A stretch of 62,293 bases of DNA. It comes from an uncultured Bacilli bacterium. Its GTDB lineage: Bacteria > Bacillota_I > Bacilli_A > RF39 > UBA660. Location: positions 1 to 62,293 of the forward strand of contig CAKOMI010000003.1 in assembly GCA_934096605.1 (NCBI GenBank), in the 5' to 3' direction. Positions 35,156-44,008 of the stretch are shown piece by piece. Below the pieces are notes generated by a model, which was not told the DNA's origin, did not search any database, and saw only the letters and a program-made list of their open reading frames with translations. Every line of letters begins with the position of its first letter. Position 1 is the stretch's first letter. A program made the position numbers and the translations under genes.

Positions 35156-35860
35156 ATGGCTTTAACTATTGATGTGATTTGTATTTTGTTTTTATTAATG
35201 GGGGCAGTTGTTGGCTTAAAAAGAGGTGTCATTAAAAGCGCAACCATGTTTATTGGTGCGATTATTGTTATCTTTCTTGCTTTTTCTTTAAAAAATCCAG
35301 TTGCTAAATTAATGTATACTTACTTACCATTTTTTGATTTTGCTGGGAACTTTGAAGGTCTTAGTGTTTTAAACATTATCATTTATGAGGCTCTTGCTTT
35401 TGTCTTAGTCTATATTGTTTTAATGAGTGTTTTACAAGTTCTAATTAAAATTACTGGTGTTTTTGAGAAAATACTAGATTTTACTATTATTTTAGGTATT
35501 CCATCAAAAATACTTGGGGCTATATTTGGTTTTTTAGAAGCATACTTATTTTTGTTTGTAGCTTTATTTTTGCTTTCTAGTTTACCAAGTACAGCAGGCG
35601 TTATAATGGATGGACCTATTGCTAGTAAGATAACTACATCAAGTCCTGTATTATCTAATATTAGTAATGAATATTTTACAGCTTTTAAAGATATAATAAA
35701 TGTTAGTACTGATATTAAAGGAGATAAAAATCGTTATAACTTAGAATGTTTAGATATTTTGCTTCGTTATAATATTGTTGATAAAGAGTCAGTTATAGGC
35801 TTACTTGATAGTGGTAAACTTGTTGTTCCTGGGGCTAGTGATATACTAAAAAAATATTAG
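35156..35860 (+). CDS. cvpA: CvpA family membrane protein
   Basis: N-terminus IDVICILFLLMGAVVGLKRGVIKS and four TM helices; the rnhC-adjacent position matches Bacillus yshB. Confidence 0.55.
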   Translation: MALTIDVICILFLLMGAVVGLKRGVIKSATMFIGAIIVIFLAFSLKNPVAKLMYTYLPFFDFAGNFEGLSVLNIIIYEALAFVLVYIVLMSVLQVLIKITGVFEKILDFTIILGIPSKILGAIFGFLEAYLFLFVALFLLSSLPSTAGVIMDGPIASKITTSSPVLSNISNEYFTAFKDIINVSTDIKGDKNRYNLECLDILLRYNIVDKESVIGLLDSGKLVVPGASDILKKY

Positions 35861-35874
35861 AAAAGAGGATTTAA

Positions 35875-36162
35875 ATGATTAAATATTTAAATAATGAAAA
35901 TTTTAATGAAGAAATTAATAAAGAAAAAGTATTAATTGATTTTTATGCTGATTGGTGTGGACCATGTAGGGCAATGGGTGAGGTTTTAGAAAATATTGAT
36001 AATTTAGATATTTTAAAAGTAAATGTTGACGAGCACCCTGATATTGCCGCAAAATACGGTGTTATGTCTATTCCAACTGTCATTGTCTTTTCTAAAGGCG
36101 AAGAGATAAAAAAACAAGTTGGTTTCTTATCTAAAGATGACTTATTAAATTGGTTAGAATAA
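35875..36162 (+). CDS. trxA: thioredoxin
   Basis: 95 aa with DFYADWCGPCRAM active site and MSIPTVIVF. Confidence 0.92.
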   Translation: MIKYLNNENFNEEINKEKVLIDFYADWCGPCRAMGEVLENIDNLDILKVNVDEHPDIAAKYGVMSIPTVIVFSKGEEIKKQVGFLSKDDLLNWLE

Positions 36163-36211
36163 ATGTAAAGAAGTGTCAAGCTATGGCACTTTTTTAATGT
36201 TTTAAAAAAAA

Positions 36212-36297
36212 TTTGCTCTAAAAAAAAGAAAATCAGGAATTCTTCTTGAATATTAATAGTAGAGGTACAGATTTATCTCTTAGAAAGGAGTGCTTTT
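36212..36297 (+). promoter_or_regulatory. conserved leader element, copy B
   Basis: Aligns with 21538-21629; hairpin AGAGGTA/TATCTCT (36261-36280) replaces the copy A hairpin with compensating changes, then the same TAGAAAGGAG. Confidence 0.5.
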
Positions 36298-36351
36298 ATG
36301 CTAAGATATTTTCGTTTATTTGTCCGTATGTTATATGCTTTCTTCGGTTAA
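36298..36351 (+). CDS. 17-codon ORF MLRYFRLFVRMLYAFFG (leader or signalling peptide candidate)
   Basis: ATG 7 nt after the strong RBS AAAGGAG of the conserved leader; followed by an 11-bp hairpin at 36367-36394. Confidence 0.35.
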   Translation: MLRYFRLFVRMLYAFFG

Positions 36352-36420
36352 GATATAATATTGGAAGAGAGTTAGTTTATAAAAACTAGCTCTCACATTT
36401 AATTTATAAGAGGAGAAAAT

Positions 36421-36879
36421 ATGGATTTATATACAAAAGAAGAATTTAATAATGTGCTTTTTGATATGGAAAATATGATTAATCTCGGGTTTATAAGAGA
36501 AAGTTCACTTGCTATTGCAAGTCCTATTTTTGGCGAAATTTGGATTTGTGAAATGCCTATACTATTAAAAAATGATAAAACTATAAGTTTTGAGAAAATC
36601 GCAAGACCTGTTTTAGTTGTTGATGATCGTTCTGAGCATTTTATTAAACATGATATAAAAAATTACTATGTTTTAAAAATCACTTCCCAAAAAGATACTT
36701 ATCAAAGAGTAAAGATAAATAACCATGAACGGCTTGGTTTGCAAAAAGAATCTTATATAAGAATTGAATTGCCTATAAAAGTAGAAAAAAGTCAGTTTTT
36801 ATATAAGATTGGCTATTTAGGCCCCAAAACTACAAATGCATACCTTCTTAAAGTTAAAAAATACCTGAAAATAAGCTAA
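36421..36879 (+). CDS. PemK/MazF-like fold protein with ~35-aa N-terminal extension (tentative)
   Basis: GEIWICEMP...ARPVLVV...KITSQKD...ESYIRIELPIKV follows the MazF/PemK spacing pattern; no adjacent antitoxin-sized ORF. Confidence 0.4.
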   Translation: MDLYTKEEFNNVLFDMENMINLGFIRESSLAIASPIFGEIWICEMPILLKNDKTISFEKIARPVLVVDDRSEHFIKHDIKNYYVLKITSQKDTYQRVKINNHERLGLQKESYIRIELPIKVEKSQFLYKIGYLGPKTTNAYLLKVKKYLKIS

Positions 36880-36885
36880 AAATAG

Positions 36886-36914
36886 TTGTCGATAAGCATT
36901 TTGTTTGATACAAT
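36886..36914 (+). promoter_or_regulatory. sigma-A promoter for rpsB-tsf
   Basis: TTGTCG, 17 nt, TGaTACAAT (extended -10), leaving a ~115-nt 5' UTR. Confidence 0.6.
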
Positions 36915-37035
36915 TATTATGGCTTTGTAAAAGCAAATAAACATGGACTGGGGATTAAATATTTCGAGTGCTCTCGGCGTAGAGTGAAATGTTTAAGAAG
37001 ATCTAGCCAGAAGATTAACGAAGGAGGATGTTTTT

Positions 37036-37941
37036 ATGGCCGTAGTTTCTAAAAGTCTATTATTAGAAGCTGGAGTTCATTTTGGACATCAAACAAAAAG
37101 ATGGAATCCAAAAATGAAACCTTATATTTTTGGGACAAGAGATGATATTTATATTATCGATCTTGACAAAACAGTTGAATGCATGGAAAATGCATACGAA
37201 GCAATGAAGAGTATTGCTGAAAATGGAGGTACTTTCTTATTTGTAGGTACTAAAAAACAAGCTGGTGAAGTAGCGCGTGATGAAGCACTAAGAAGTAATT
37301 CATTTTATGTTACTGAACGTTGGCTTGGTGGAACACTTACAAACTTCCGTACAATAAGACGTCGTATCAATCGCCTTGAAGCTATTGAAAAAATGGAAAA
37401 AGATGGTGTTTTTGAAGTTTTACCTAAAAAAGAAGTTATCAAATTAAAGAAAGAATATGACAAATTAAATCGTTTATTATGTGGTATTCGTGGTATGACT
37501 AAACTACCTCAAGCTATTATTATAGTTGACTCTAAAAAAGAAGAGAATGCTATTCGTGAAGCTAAGAAATTACATATTCCAGTATTTGGTTTAATTGATA
37601 CTAATTGTGATCCAGATAATATTGATTATGTATTACCAGCAAATGATGATGCTGTTCGTTCTATTAAAGTTGTACTTGGAGCATTAAATAATGCTATTTG
37701 TGAAGCAAATCACTTAGAAATGGTAGATTATACAACTGAAGAAGATCGTAAAAATACTACTAAAGAAAACAAAGTTGCTCCTAAAAAAGAAGAAGCAAAA
37801 AAAGAAGTTGAAACTAAAGAAGAATCTAAAGACTATAGTAAAATGACTTTAACTGAATTAAAAGCTGAAGCCAAAGAACAAGGTGTTAAAGGTTACTCTG
37901 CAATGAAAAAAGATGAATTAGTTGCAGCTTTAACAAAATAA
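37036..37941 (+). CDS. rpsB: 30S ribosomal protein S2 with K/E-rich linker and C-terminal Rho_N/SAP-like module
   Basis: [19 protein letters not shown].., [11 protein letters not shown]; extra tail ..[44 protein letters not shown]. Confidence 0.93.
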   Translation: MAVVSKSLLLEAGVHFGHQTKRWNPKMKPYIFGTRDDIYIIDLDKTVECMENAYEAMKSIAENGGTFLFVGTKKQAGEVARDEALRSNSFYVTERWLGGTLTNFRTIRRRINRLEAIEKMEKDGVFEVLPKKEVIKLKKEYDKLNRLLCGIRGMTKLPQAIIIVDSKKEENAIREAKKLHIPVFGLIDTNCDPDNIDYVLPANDDAVRSIKVVLGALNNAICEANHLEMVDYTTEEDRKNTTKENKVAPKKEEAKKEVETKEESKDYSKMTLTELKAEAKEQGVKGYSAMKKDELVAALTK

Positions 37942-37970
37942 TAAAATAAACTAAAGAAAGAGGTGGGTTT

Positions 37971-38846
37971 ATGGTAACCGCTCAAATGGTAAAAGATTTA
38001 CGTGAAAAAACTGGCGCAGGAATGATGGATTGTAAAAAAGCTCTTGCTGAGACTAATGGCGATTTAGCTGCTGCTGAAGAATATTTAAGAGAAAAAGGCA
38101 TAGCTAAAGCTAATAAAAAAGAAAGCAGAATCGCGGCTGAAGGGCTTGCGGCTATTTATGCTGAAGGTAAAAAAGCCGTTATTTTAGAGGTTAACTCTGA
38201 AACTGATTTTGTTAGCAAAAACGAAGAATTTAAATCTATGATTGATTCTATCGGGGCTGCATTACTAAAAAGTGATGCTAAAACTTTAGAAGAAGCTTTA
38301 GAATTACCTTGTGAAGAAGGCACTATTCATGATTTAATCGTTGCTAAAACTGCTAAAATTGGTGAAAAACTTTCTTTGCGTCGCTTTGAAATTGTTTCTT
38401 TAAGTGATGGAGAAGTTTTAGGTTCATACATTCATATGGGTGGCCGTATTGCTAGTTTAGTTGTTCTAAAAGGTGGTAATGAAGCTGTAGCTAAAGACGT
38501 GGCAATGCAACAAGCCGCTATGAAACCAGAATATGTTTTTATCTCTGACGTTCCAGAAGCAGTTGTAGCTAAAGAAAAAGAAATTCAAAAAGAATTAGCT
38601 ATTAGTGAAGGAAAACCAGCAGATATTGCTGAAAAAATGGTTGAAGGACGTATCAAAAAATTCTATAAAGAAATTTGTTTAGTTGAACAAGCATTCATTA
38701 AAGATAGTGGTATGTCTGTAAATGATTACGTTAAAAACAACAATGGTGAAATAATTAAAGCTATTCGTTATGAAGTTGGTGAAGGCATGGAAAAAAGAAA
38801 TGATGACTTTGCTGCTGAAGTAATGAATCAAGTTAAAGGTAATTAA
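37971..38846 (+). CDS. tsf: elongation factor Ts
   Basis: VKDLREKTGAGMMDCKKALAETNGDL..AEEYLREKG and EVNSETDFV motifs. Confidence 0.93.
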   Translation: MVTAQMVKDLREKTGAGMMDCKKALAETNGDLAAAEEYLREKGIAKANKKESRIAAEGLAAIYAEGKKAVILEVNSETDFVSKNEEFKSMIDSIGAALLKSDAKTLEEALELPCEEGTIHDLIVAKTAKIGEKLSLRRFEIVSLSDGEVLGSYIHMGGRIASLVVLKGGNEAVAKDVAMQQAAMKPEYVFISDVPEAVVAKEKEIQKELAISEGKPADIAEKMVEGRIKKFYKEICLVEQAFIKDSGMSVNDYVKNNNGEIIKAIRYEVGEGMEKRNDDFAAEVMNQVKGN

Positions 38847-38858
38847 TCCATTATATTT

Positions 38859-38887
38859 GACACTTTTTTGATAAAGTGTCTTTTTTT
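38859..38887 (+). terminator. rho-independent terminator after tsf
   Basis: GACACTTT/AAAGTGTC stem followed by TTTTTTT. Confidence 0.75.
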
Positions 38888-38933
38888 CTAGTATTAATCT
38901 TGATATAATAAAAACGTGGAAGGAAGATGTACA

Positions 38934-39542
38934 ATGGAAATTAAGATTAAAGAAAAAAAGCCTATGCCATTGTTTCAAAAGATTTTCTATATTATCAGTT
39001 TCATTTTCTTAATCATGGCTTTTATTTATTTAGGTACTAAAAATTATAATGCTCCCATAAAAAAACTGAGTGATGCTGAAAGTTTTACTAAAGAATTCGG
39101 TATTACTAGTGATAATCGTTTTAAATATAAAAACGCCAAAGAAACATTAGAACTACTAAATACAGGCACAGGTGTTATATTCTTTTCATTTCCAGAAAAT
39201 GAATGGAGTTATACTTATGCTGAAATGTTAAATGATGTGGCCAAAGCTAATAATGAAGAATTTATCTATTACTATAATTTCAAAAATGATCGCAGTAACA
39301 AAAACTATTACTATACTAATATTGTTAAAATTCTTGAGGCTTATGTGCCAACTACTGATGCTGGTGATAAAAACATTTATGCTCCAAGTGTTGTCTTTGT
39401 AAAAGATGGTACCATCGTTGGCTATGATGATGAAACAAGTATAATGAAAGGCGACATATCAGTAAGTAACTATTGGACTAATGAAAAAATAGCAAGTAAA
39501 AAGGAAACATTTAATCTTATGTTTAAAAAACTACGGAGTTAG
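38934..39542 (+). CDS. hypothetical membrane-anchored protein (possibly a thioredoxin-fold paralogue lacking Cys)
   Basis: N-terminal TM; layout parallels the next gene, but the CxxC position is ENEWSY. Confidence 0.45.
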   Translation: MEIKIKEKKPMPLFQKIFYIISFIFLIMAFIYLGTKNYNAPIKKLSDAESFTKEFGITSDNRFKYKNAKETLELLNTGTGVIFFSFPENEWSYTYAEMLNDVAKANNEEFIYYYNFKNDRSNKNYYYTNIVKILEAYVPTTDAGDKNIYAPSVVFVKDGTIVGYDDETSIMKGDISVSNYWTNEKIASKKETFNLMFKKLRS

Positions 39543-39545
39543 CCT

Positions 39546-40097
39546 ATGCAAGATGACAATAAAAAAATAATTTATAAAATAAAACTAAGTGAAAAAGAGC
39601 AAAAAGTTCTTTACTGTATTGTTTTTATAGCCTTTCTATTGTTATTACTATTTGGTGACAAAATAGCTTTGCACTTTATCAAACAAAATCCAAATCCTAA
39701 TAATCGCGTTTTTGGTAGTGAAGAAATAATCTCTGATAGTGTTTTTAAAGAAAGTAGTATCGAGACCATTTCTTTAGATGAAGCGCTAGTAAAGGTAAAG
39801 TCAAAAGAAAATTTTTATTTACTTTCAACTAGGGATACTTGCTATCCATGCCTTGAATATATGCCAAATATATATGAAACAATCCTTAATAATGGTTTAA
39901 ACATATATCTCTTAAATCGCAGCACGATTACGAGTGATAGCCCTTCTTATACCGAATTTAAAGAGTTAGATACACGTATTGCTAATCATTTTCAATATAC
40001 ACCTTACTTATTATACTTTGAAAATGGTGAGCTAAAAAAAGAACTAACTGGTTTAAAAAATAATGCAGAATTAAAAGAATTTATTAATAAAATATAG
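39546..40097 (+). CDS. membrane-anchored thioredoxin-like protein (CxxC)
   Basis: N-terminal TM; LLSTRDTCYPCLEYMP resembles the thioredoxin-family 'bacteriocin transport accessory' proteins. Confidence 0.45.
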   Translation: MQDDNKKIIYKIKLSEKEQKVLYCIVFIAFLLLLLFGDKIALHFIKQNPNPNNRVFGSEEIISDSVFKESSIETISLDEALVKVKSKENFYLLSTRDTCYPCLEYMPNIYETILNNGLNIYLLNRSTITSDSPSYTEFKELDTRIANHFQYTPYLLYFENGELKKELTGLKNNAELKEFINKI

Positions 40098-40110
40098 AAA
40101 GAGGAAAATT

Positions 40111-40638
40111 ATGAACACAGAACAAAAAATGCAAAAAGCAATCGAAAATTTAGAAAGTAGACTAGTAACTATTCGTGCTGGTCGTGCCAATCCAGCTATG
40201 TTAAGCAAAATTATGGTCGAATATTATGGGGTGGCAACACCAATTCAAAGTGTGGCCAATATAACTGTTCCTGAGGCAAGACAATTAATGGTTAAACCTT
40301 TTGACAGAAGTGCTTTAAAAGATATTGAACGCGCTATTAATGAAGCTAACCTAGGTATTTCCCCAACTAATAATGGCGAGGTTATCATTTTACCTATTCC
40401 TGAACTTACTGAAGAAAGAAGAAGAGAATACGTGAAACAAGCTAAATCTATGTGTGAGGAAGCCAAAGTAGCACTAAGAAATATTAGACAAGATGCTAAC
40501 AGCGAAATAAAAAGTCTTGAATTACCAGAAGATGAAGAAAAACTAGAACTAGAAGACATTCAAGAGTTAATTCAAAAATACAATAAAAAAGTAGATGAAC
40601 TTGGCAAAGAAAAAGAAAAAGAATTAATGGAGGTGTAA
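40111..40638 (+). CDS. frr: ribosome recycling factor
   Basis: LVTIRAGRANPAMLSKIMVEYYG..TPI.., NLGISPTNNGEVI.., LTEERRREYVKQAK. Confidence 0.93.
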   Translation: MNTEQKMQKAIENLESRLVTIRAGRANPAMLSKIMVEYYGVATPIQSVANITVPEARQLMVKPFDRSALKDIERAINEANLGISPTNNGEVIILPIPELTEERRREYVKQAKSMCEEAKVALRNIRQDANSEIKSLELPEDEEKLELEDIQELIQKYNKKVDELGKEKEKELMEV

Positions 40639-40647
40639 CAATCCTAC

Positions 40648-40676
40648 AAAATTCAGCATTTTGCTGAATTTTTTCT
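40648..40676 (+). terminator. rho-independent terminator after frr
   Basis: AATTCAGC/GCTGAATT stem followed by a T-run. Confidence 0.75.
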
Positions 40677-40705
40677 TGCTAATAAAGGGGTTATAGTGTT
40701 ATAAT
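40676..40705 (+). promoter_or_regulatory. sigma-A promoter for rpsU-yqeY
   Basis: TTGCTA, 18 nt, TGtTATAAT (extended -10). Confidence 0.55.
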
Positions 40706-40738
40706 CATGTATAGAAAAACACGAAGGGAGGGGAAAGT

Positions 40739-40930
40739 ATGAACTCAAATAAAGTAATCGTAAAAGATGGCGATATTGATAAAGCATTAAGAAGATTTAA
40801 AGTTGTTGTTGCAAAAAGTGGTGTCCCTTCTGAATTCAAAAAAAGAAAACATTATGAAAAACCAGGCGTTAAAAGAAGAGAAGAAAAGAAAAAAAATATT
40901 CGTAATTCTCGTAAACACCGTAATTACTAA
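40739..40930 (+). CDS. rpsU: 30S ribosomal protein S21
   Basis: 63 aa, basic; KALRRFK and KKRKHYEKPG..RR motifs. Confidence 0.88.
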   Translation: MNSNKVIVKDGDIDKALRRFKVVVAKSGVPSEFKKRKHYEKPGVKRREEKKKNIRNSRKHRNY

Positions 40931-41005
40931 GATACAAAATCGTATCTTTTTTTCTTGAAGATTTTATATTTATGCGTTACAATGAACTTAGAAAAGAGGA
41001 TTTTT

Positions 41006-41455
41006 ATGAATTTAAATGAAAAAATTAAAACAGATTTAGTTAGTGCTATGAAAAGCCATGAAACATTCAAAGTATCAGTTTTAAGAATGCTTAAAAGTGA
41101 ATTGCAACTAGAAAGCATTAATTTAAAAAAAGATTTAACAGATGATGAAATAATAACTGTTATTAAAAGAAATGTCAAAAAAAGAAAAGATGCTATAGAG
41201 GAATTCAAAAAATATGGTAAATCAGAAGAAATAGAAAAAAACAATACAGAAATAACTATTCTAGAATCCTATTTGCCAGCCCAATTAAGTGATGAAGAAA
41301 TAAAGAGGGCTATAGTAGATGCAATAAATGAACTTAAACCAGAATCTATTAAGGATATGGGACGTGTCATGAAATATTTAACTGAAAAAATTGGTACAGT
41401 TGCAGATATGGGAAAAGTTAGTGCACAAGTAAAAAGTAAACTTACTTCTAACTAA
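41006..41455 (+). CDS. yqeY: GatB/YqeY domain protein
   Basis: LNEKIKTDLVSAMKSHE..VSVLRMLKSELQ and EIITVIKRNVKKRKDAIEEF; follows rpsU as in Bacillus; start reset to ATG after AAGAGGA. Confidence 0.8.
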   Translation: MNLNEKIKTDLVSAMKSHETFKVSVLRMLKSELQLESINLKKDLTDDEIITVIKRNVKKRKDAIEEFKKYGKSEEIEKNNTEITILESYLPAQLSDEEIKRAIVDAINELKPESIKDMGRVMKYLTEKIGTVADMGKVSAQVKSKLTSN

Positions 41456-41462
41456 AAATAAG

Positions 41463-41505
41463 GTTTTGACAAATTTTAGCTTATTTTGTCGAAACTGTTT
41501 TTTTT
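41463..41505 (+). terminator. rho-independent terminator after yqeY
   Basis: GTTTTGACAA/TTGTCGAAAC stem (one G-T pair) followed by TGTTTTTTTT. Confidence 0.7.
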
Positions 41506-41544
41506 ATATTACCCTTGTGCTATTCTATTTACGAGGGTGATTTT

Positions 41545-41772
41545 ATGGATTTATATTATCAAAATGAAACATTATATATTGATTTATATAACACATTAAC
41601 CGATGAAGAATATTTTGCTTTAAAAAAAAGAATTTTTAGAATTAGCAGTGATTATGACGTTGACAAAGTTATTGTTTTAAACCATCGTCATTTTTTTCAC
41701 AATCGTTTTTACTTACAACAAATGAAACAAGATTTCCTAAGAGAATATCGTGGTGAATTTGAAATAAAATAA
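41545..41772 (+). CDS. small hypothetical protein
   Basis: 75 aa from the ATG after GAGGGTGA. Confidence 0.45.
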   Translation: MDLYYQNETLYIDLYNTLTDEEYFALKKRIFRISSDYDVDKVIVLNHRHFFHNRFYLQQMKQDFLREYRGEFEIK

Positions 41773-41817
41773 CTTATAAATCCCTATAAATAGATCATAC
41801 TATTAAGGGTGAAGGAA

Positions 41818-42543
41818 ATGAAACAACAATTTATTTTAGATAGTGCTAAAGACTTTGAAGATAAAGTTTTAATTTATGAACAACAAAAGAAAAATATAAT
41901 AATAAAACACTTTCTTTTAAATACTAAAAATGGTACAAAAGAAAAAGGCGACTATTTTACTGTTACCTTTGATGATAAAGTAATGCAAAGTAATGTAGAT
42001 GACTTAAAAAACATTTTTAAAAAGACTTTAAAAGCATATTACAAAAAATATTATAAAGGGGGCCGTATTCTTTTTATAGGATTAGGTAATCCTAGTGTAA
42101 TAGGGGATTCTTTTGGTCCTAAAGTATTAGAAAACTTAATAGCCACCAATGCTTACAATGATTTTCTAACAATACCTAAAGTAGCCTTATTTATTCCTGA
42201 TGTTGTAGCCAAAACTGGTATTCCATCTTTAAAAGTAATTGAGATGCTCATAAGTTACTTGCAACCAGACTTTTTAGTCCTAGTAGATAGCTTTACAACC
42301 ACTAATAATAAATGTCTTAATCATAACCTTGAAATTAACGACTGTGGTATGATATTTCAAGAAGAAACAAGAAGCAACAAAATGATTACTAGTAAAACAT
42401 TCAATACACCAGTGTTATCAATTGGTTATACAACCCTGTTAAAAAAGAAAGATGCCTATTATACTAAATATACTTTAGAAAGAGACTTATCTTTAATAGT
42501 AGATATGGTTTCTAAAACAATTAAAGAAATTTTATTTACTTAA
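41818..42543 (+). CDS. GPR/YyaC-family spore protease-like protein
   Basis: LFIGLGNPSVIGDSFGPKVLENL matches the GLGN..DxxGP motif of germination protease/YyaC. Confidence 0.55.
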   Translation: MKQQFILDSAKDFEDKVLIYEQQKKNIIIKHFLLNTKNGTKEKGDYFTVTFDDKVMQSNVDDLKNIFKKTLKAYYKKYYKGGRILFIGLGNPSVIGDSFGPKVLENLIATNAYNDFLTIPKVALFIPDVVAKTGIPSLKVIEMLISYLQPDFLVLVDSFTTTNNKCLNHNLEINDCGMIFQEETRSNKMITSKTFNTPVLSIGYTTLLKKKDAYYTKYTLERDLSLIVDMVSKTIKEILFT

Positions 42544-42596
42544 ATTTGCTTTTTTTCTTTTTATCATGCTATACTAAAAGCAGAAATGGAGTTTTA

Positions 42597-43937
42597 ATGA
42601 TGAATATTTTAGAAAAAGCAAAGAATTTTGCAATCAAAGCCCATATGGGGCAAATAAGAAAAAGTGAACCTGATAAGCCAATGATTATGCATCCTTTAAT
42701 GGTAGGCAGCATTTTAATGGAATACGGCTTTGATAAAAATGTCATTGCTGCAGGTTTCTTACACGACGTTATAGAAGATACACCTTATAGAAAAGAAGAT
42801 TTAACACGCCTTTTTGGTAGTGACATTACAAGTCTTGTTGTTAGGGCTAGTGAACCAGATAAATCTTTATCTTGGGAAGAACGTAAAAGACACACTATTA
42901 ATAGTATTAAAACCCTTGATCTGCGTCACAAAGCAGTTGTATGCGCTGATAAAATAAGTAATTTAGAAGATTTAATGATTAAATTTCAAAAAGAAAGTAA
43001 TAGAGATTTTTCTTGTTTTAAAAGAGGAGAAAAAGCCCAAAAATGGTATTACACCAATGTTTATGAAAGTCTGATATATAATGAAGATTCAAACTTACCA
43101 ATATTTAAAAGACTAAGAAATGTTATTGATATAGTTTTTGACAAAAAAGAAGACTTATACTTAAAAGATACTATTTTTAAAAGTGATGAAAAGTATTATG
43201 AAGAGTTAAAAAGACTTCATGCAAGAAAATTAGAACTACAGAAATTAAAAGTATTAACAAGTCTTAAAAAACCATTTATTATTGAGTTTAGTGGAACACC
43301 AAGAACTGGTAAAACCTCTACTATTTATAACATTTATGATTTCTTTAAAAAAGGTGGCTTTAATGTTTCTATTAGTGAAGAATTTACTACCTCAGATTAC
43401 TATAAAACGATATTCAAAAGTGAGCATCAAAATATGGATAAAATAGCTTATAACTTAGCAATTATGGATGAAGTAGCCAGAAGACTTATTAAAGATGCTA
43501 ACCAAAACCAAGATATCATTTTAATTGATCGTTCAATAAATGACCGGCAAATATGGAATAACGCTCTTTATAAAGAAGTTCTAATGAGCCCTGATAAATA
43601 TATGGAAGCAAAGCAAAAATATTTAGAGTTATCAAAAGAATATATAGATTTTTTAGTTATGACATATTGTGATCCAACTATCTCTCTAAAAAGAGATTAC
43701 ATAGGCAGTTTAGCCTTAGAACCAAGAAGTTTTTTAAATACTAAGAACATTACTAGATTTAATAATAGTCTAGATGATTTACACGCTCTTTTTTGTGAAA
43801 GTGCTGAAAATTATTATTTTCTAGATACAACTAATATTAGTGCTAGAGAAACTACTTTAAGTATTGCTAAAGCCATTATGCCTATGGTGAGAAAAAAATA
43901 TATTGATTCCTTTAAAGATCAATATCACCTAAAATAA
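42597..43937 (+). CDS. fusion protein: RelA/SpoT-type HD hydrolase domain plus C-terminal P-loop NTPase/kinase-like domain
   Basis: N-half AKNFAIKAHMGQIRKSEPDKPMIMHPLMVG..AAGFLHDVIEDT; C-half Walker A FSGTPRTGKTS. Confidence 0.65.
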   Translation: MMNILEKAKNFAIKAHMGQIRKSEPDKPMIMHPLMVGSILMEYGFDKNVIAAGFLHDVIEDTPYRKEDLTRLFGSDITSLVVRASEPDKSLSWEERKRHTINSIKTLDLRHKAVVCADKISNLEDLMIKFQKESNRDFSCFKRGEKAQKWYYTNVYESLIYNEDSNLPIFKRLRNVIDIVFDKKEDLYLKDTIFKSDEKYYEELKRLHARKLELQKLKVLTSLKKPFIIEFSGTPRTGKTSTIYNIYDFFKKGGFNVSISEEFTTSDYYKTIFKSEHQNMDKIAYNLAIMDEVARRLIKDANQNQDIILIDRSINDRQIWNNALYKEVLMSPDKYMEAKQKYLELSKEYIDFLVMTYCDPTISLKRDYIGSLALEPRSFLNTKNITRFNNSLDDLHALFCESAENYYFLDTTNISARETTLSIAKAIMPMVRKKYIDSFKDQYHLK

Positions 43938-44008
43938 AAATAACTAATTTTACATTACATACTGTAAACTATCTTGTATTATAGTTACTTATTTGCTACA
44001 ATTTAATT

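Noticed and set aside
36234-36256. Sigma-H type promoter (AGGAATT ... GAATA) in leader copy B
   Set aside because: The two elements are only 6 nt apart, versus about 14-15 nt between the -35 and -10 elements in the consensus as I recall it, and copy A lacks them.
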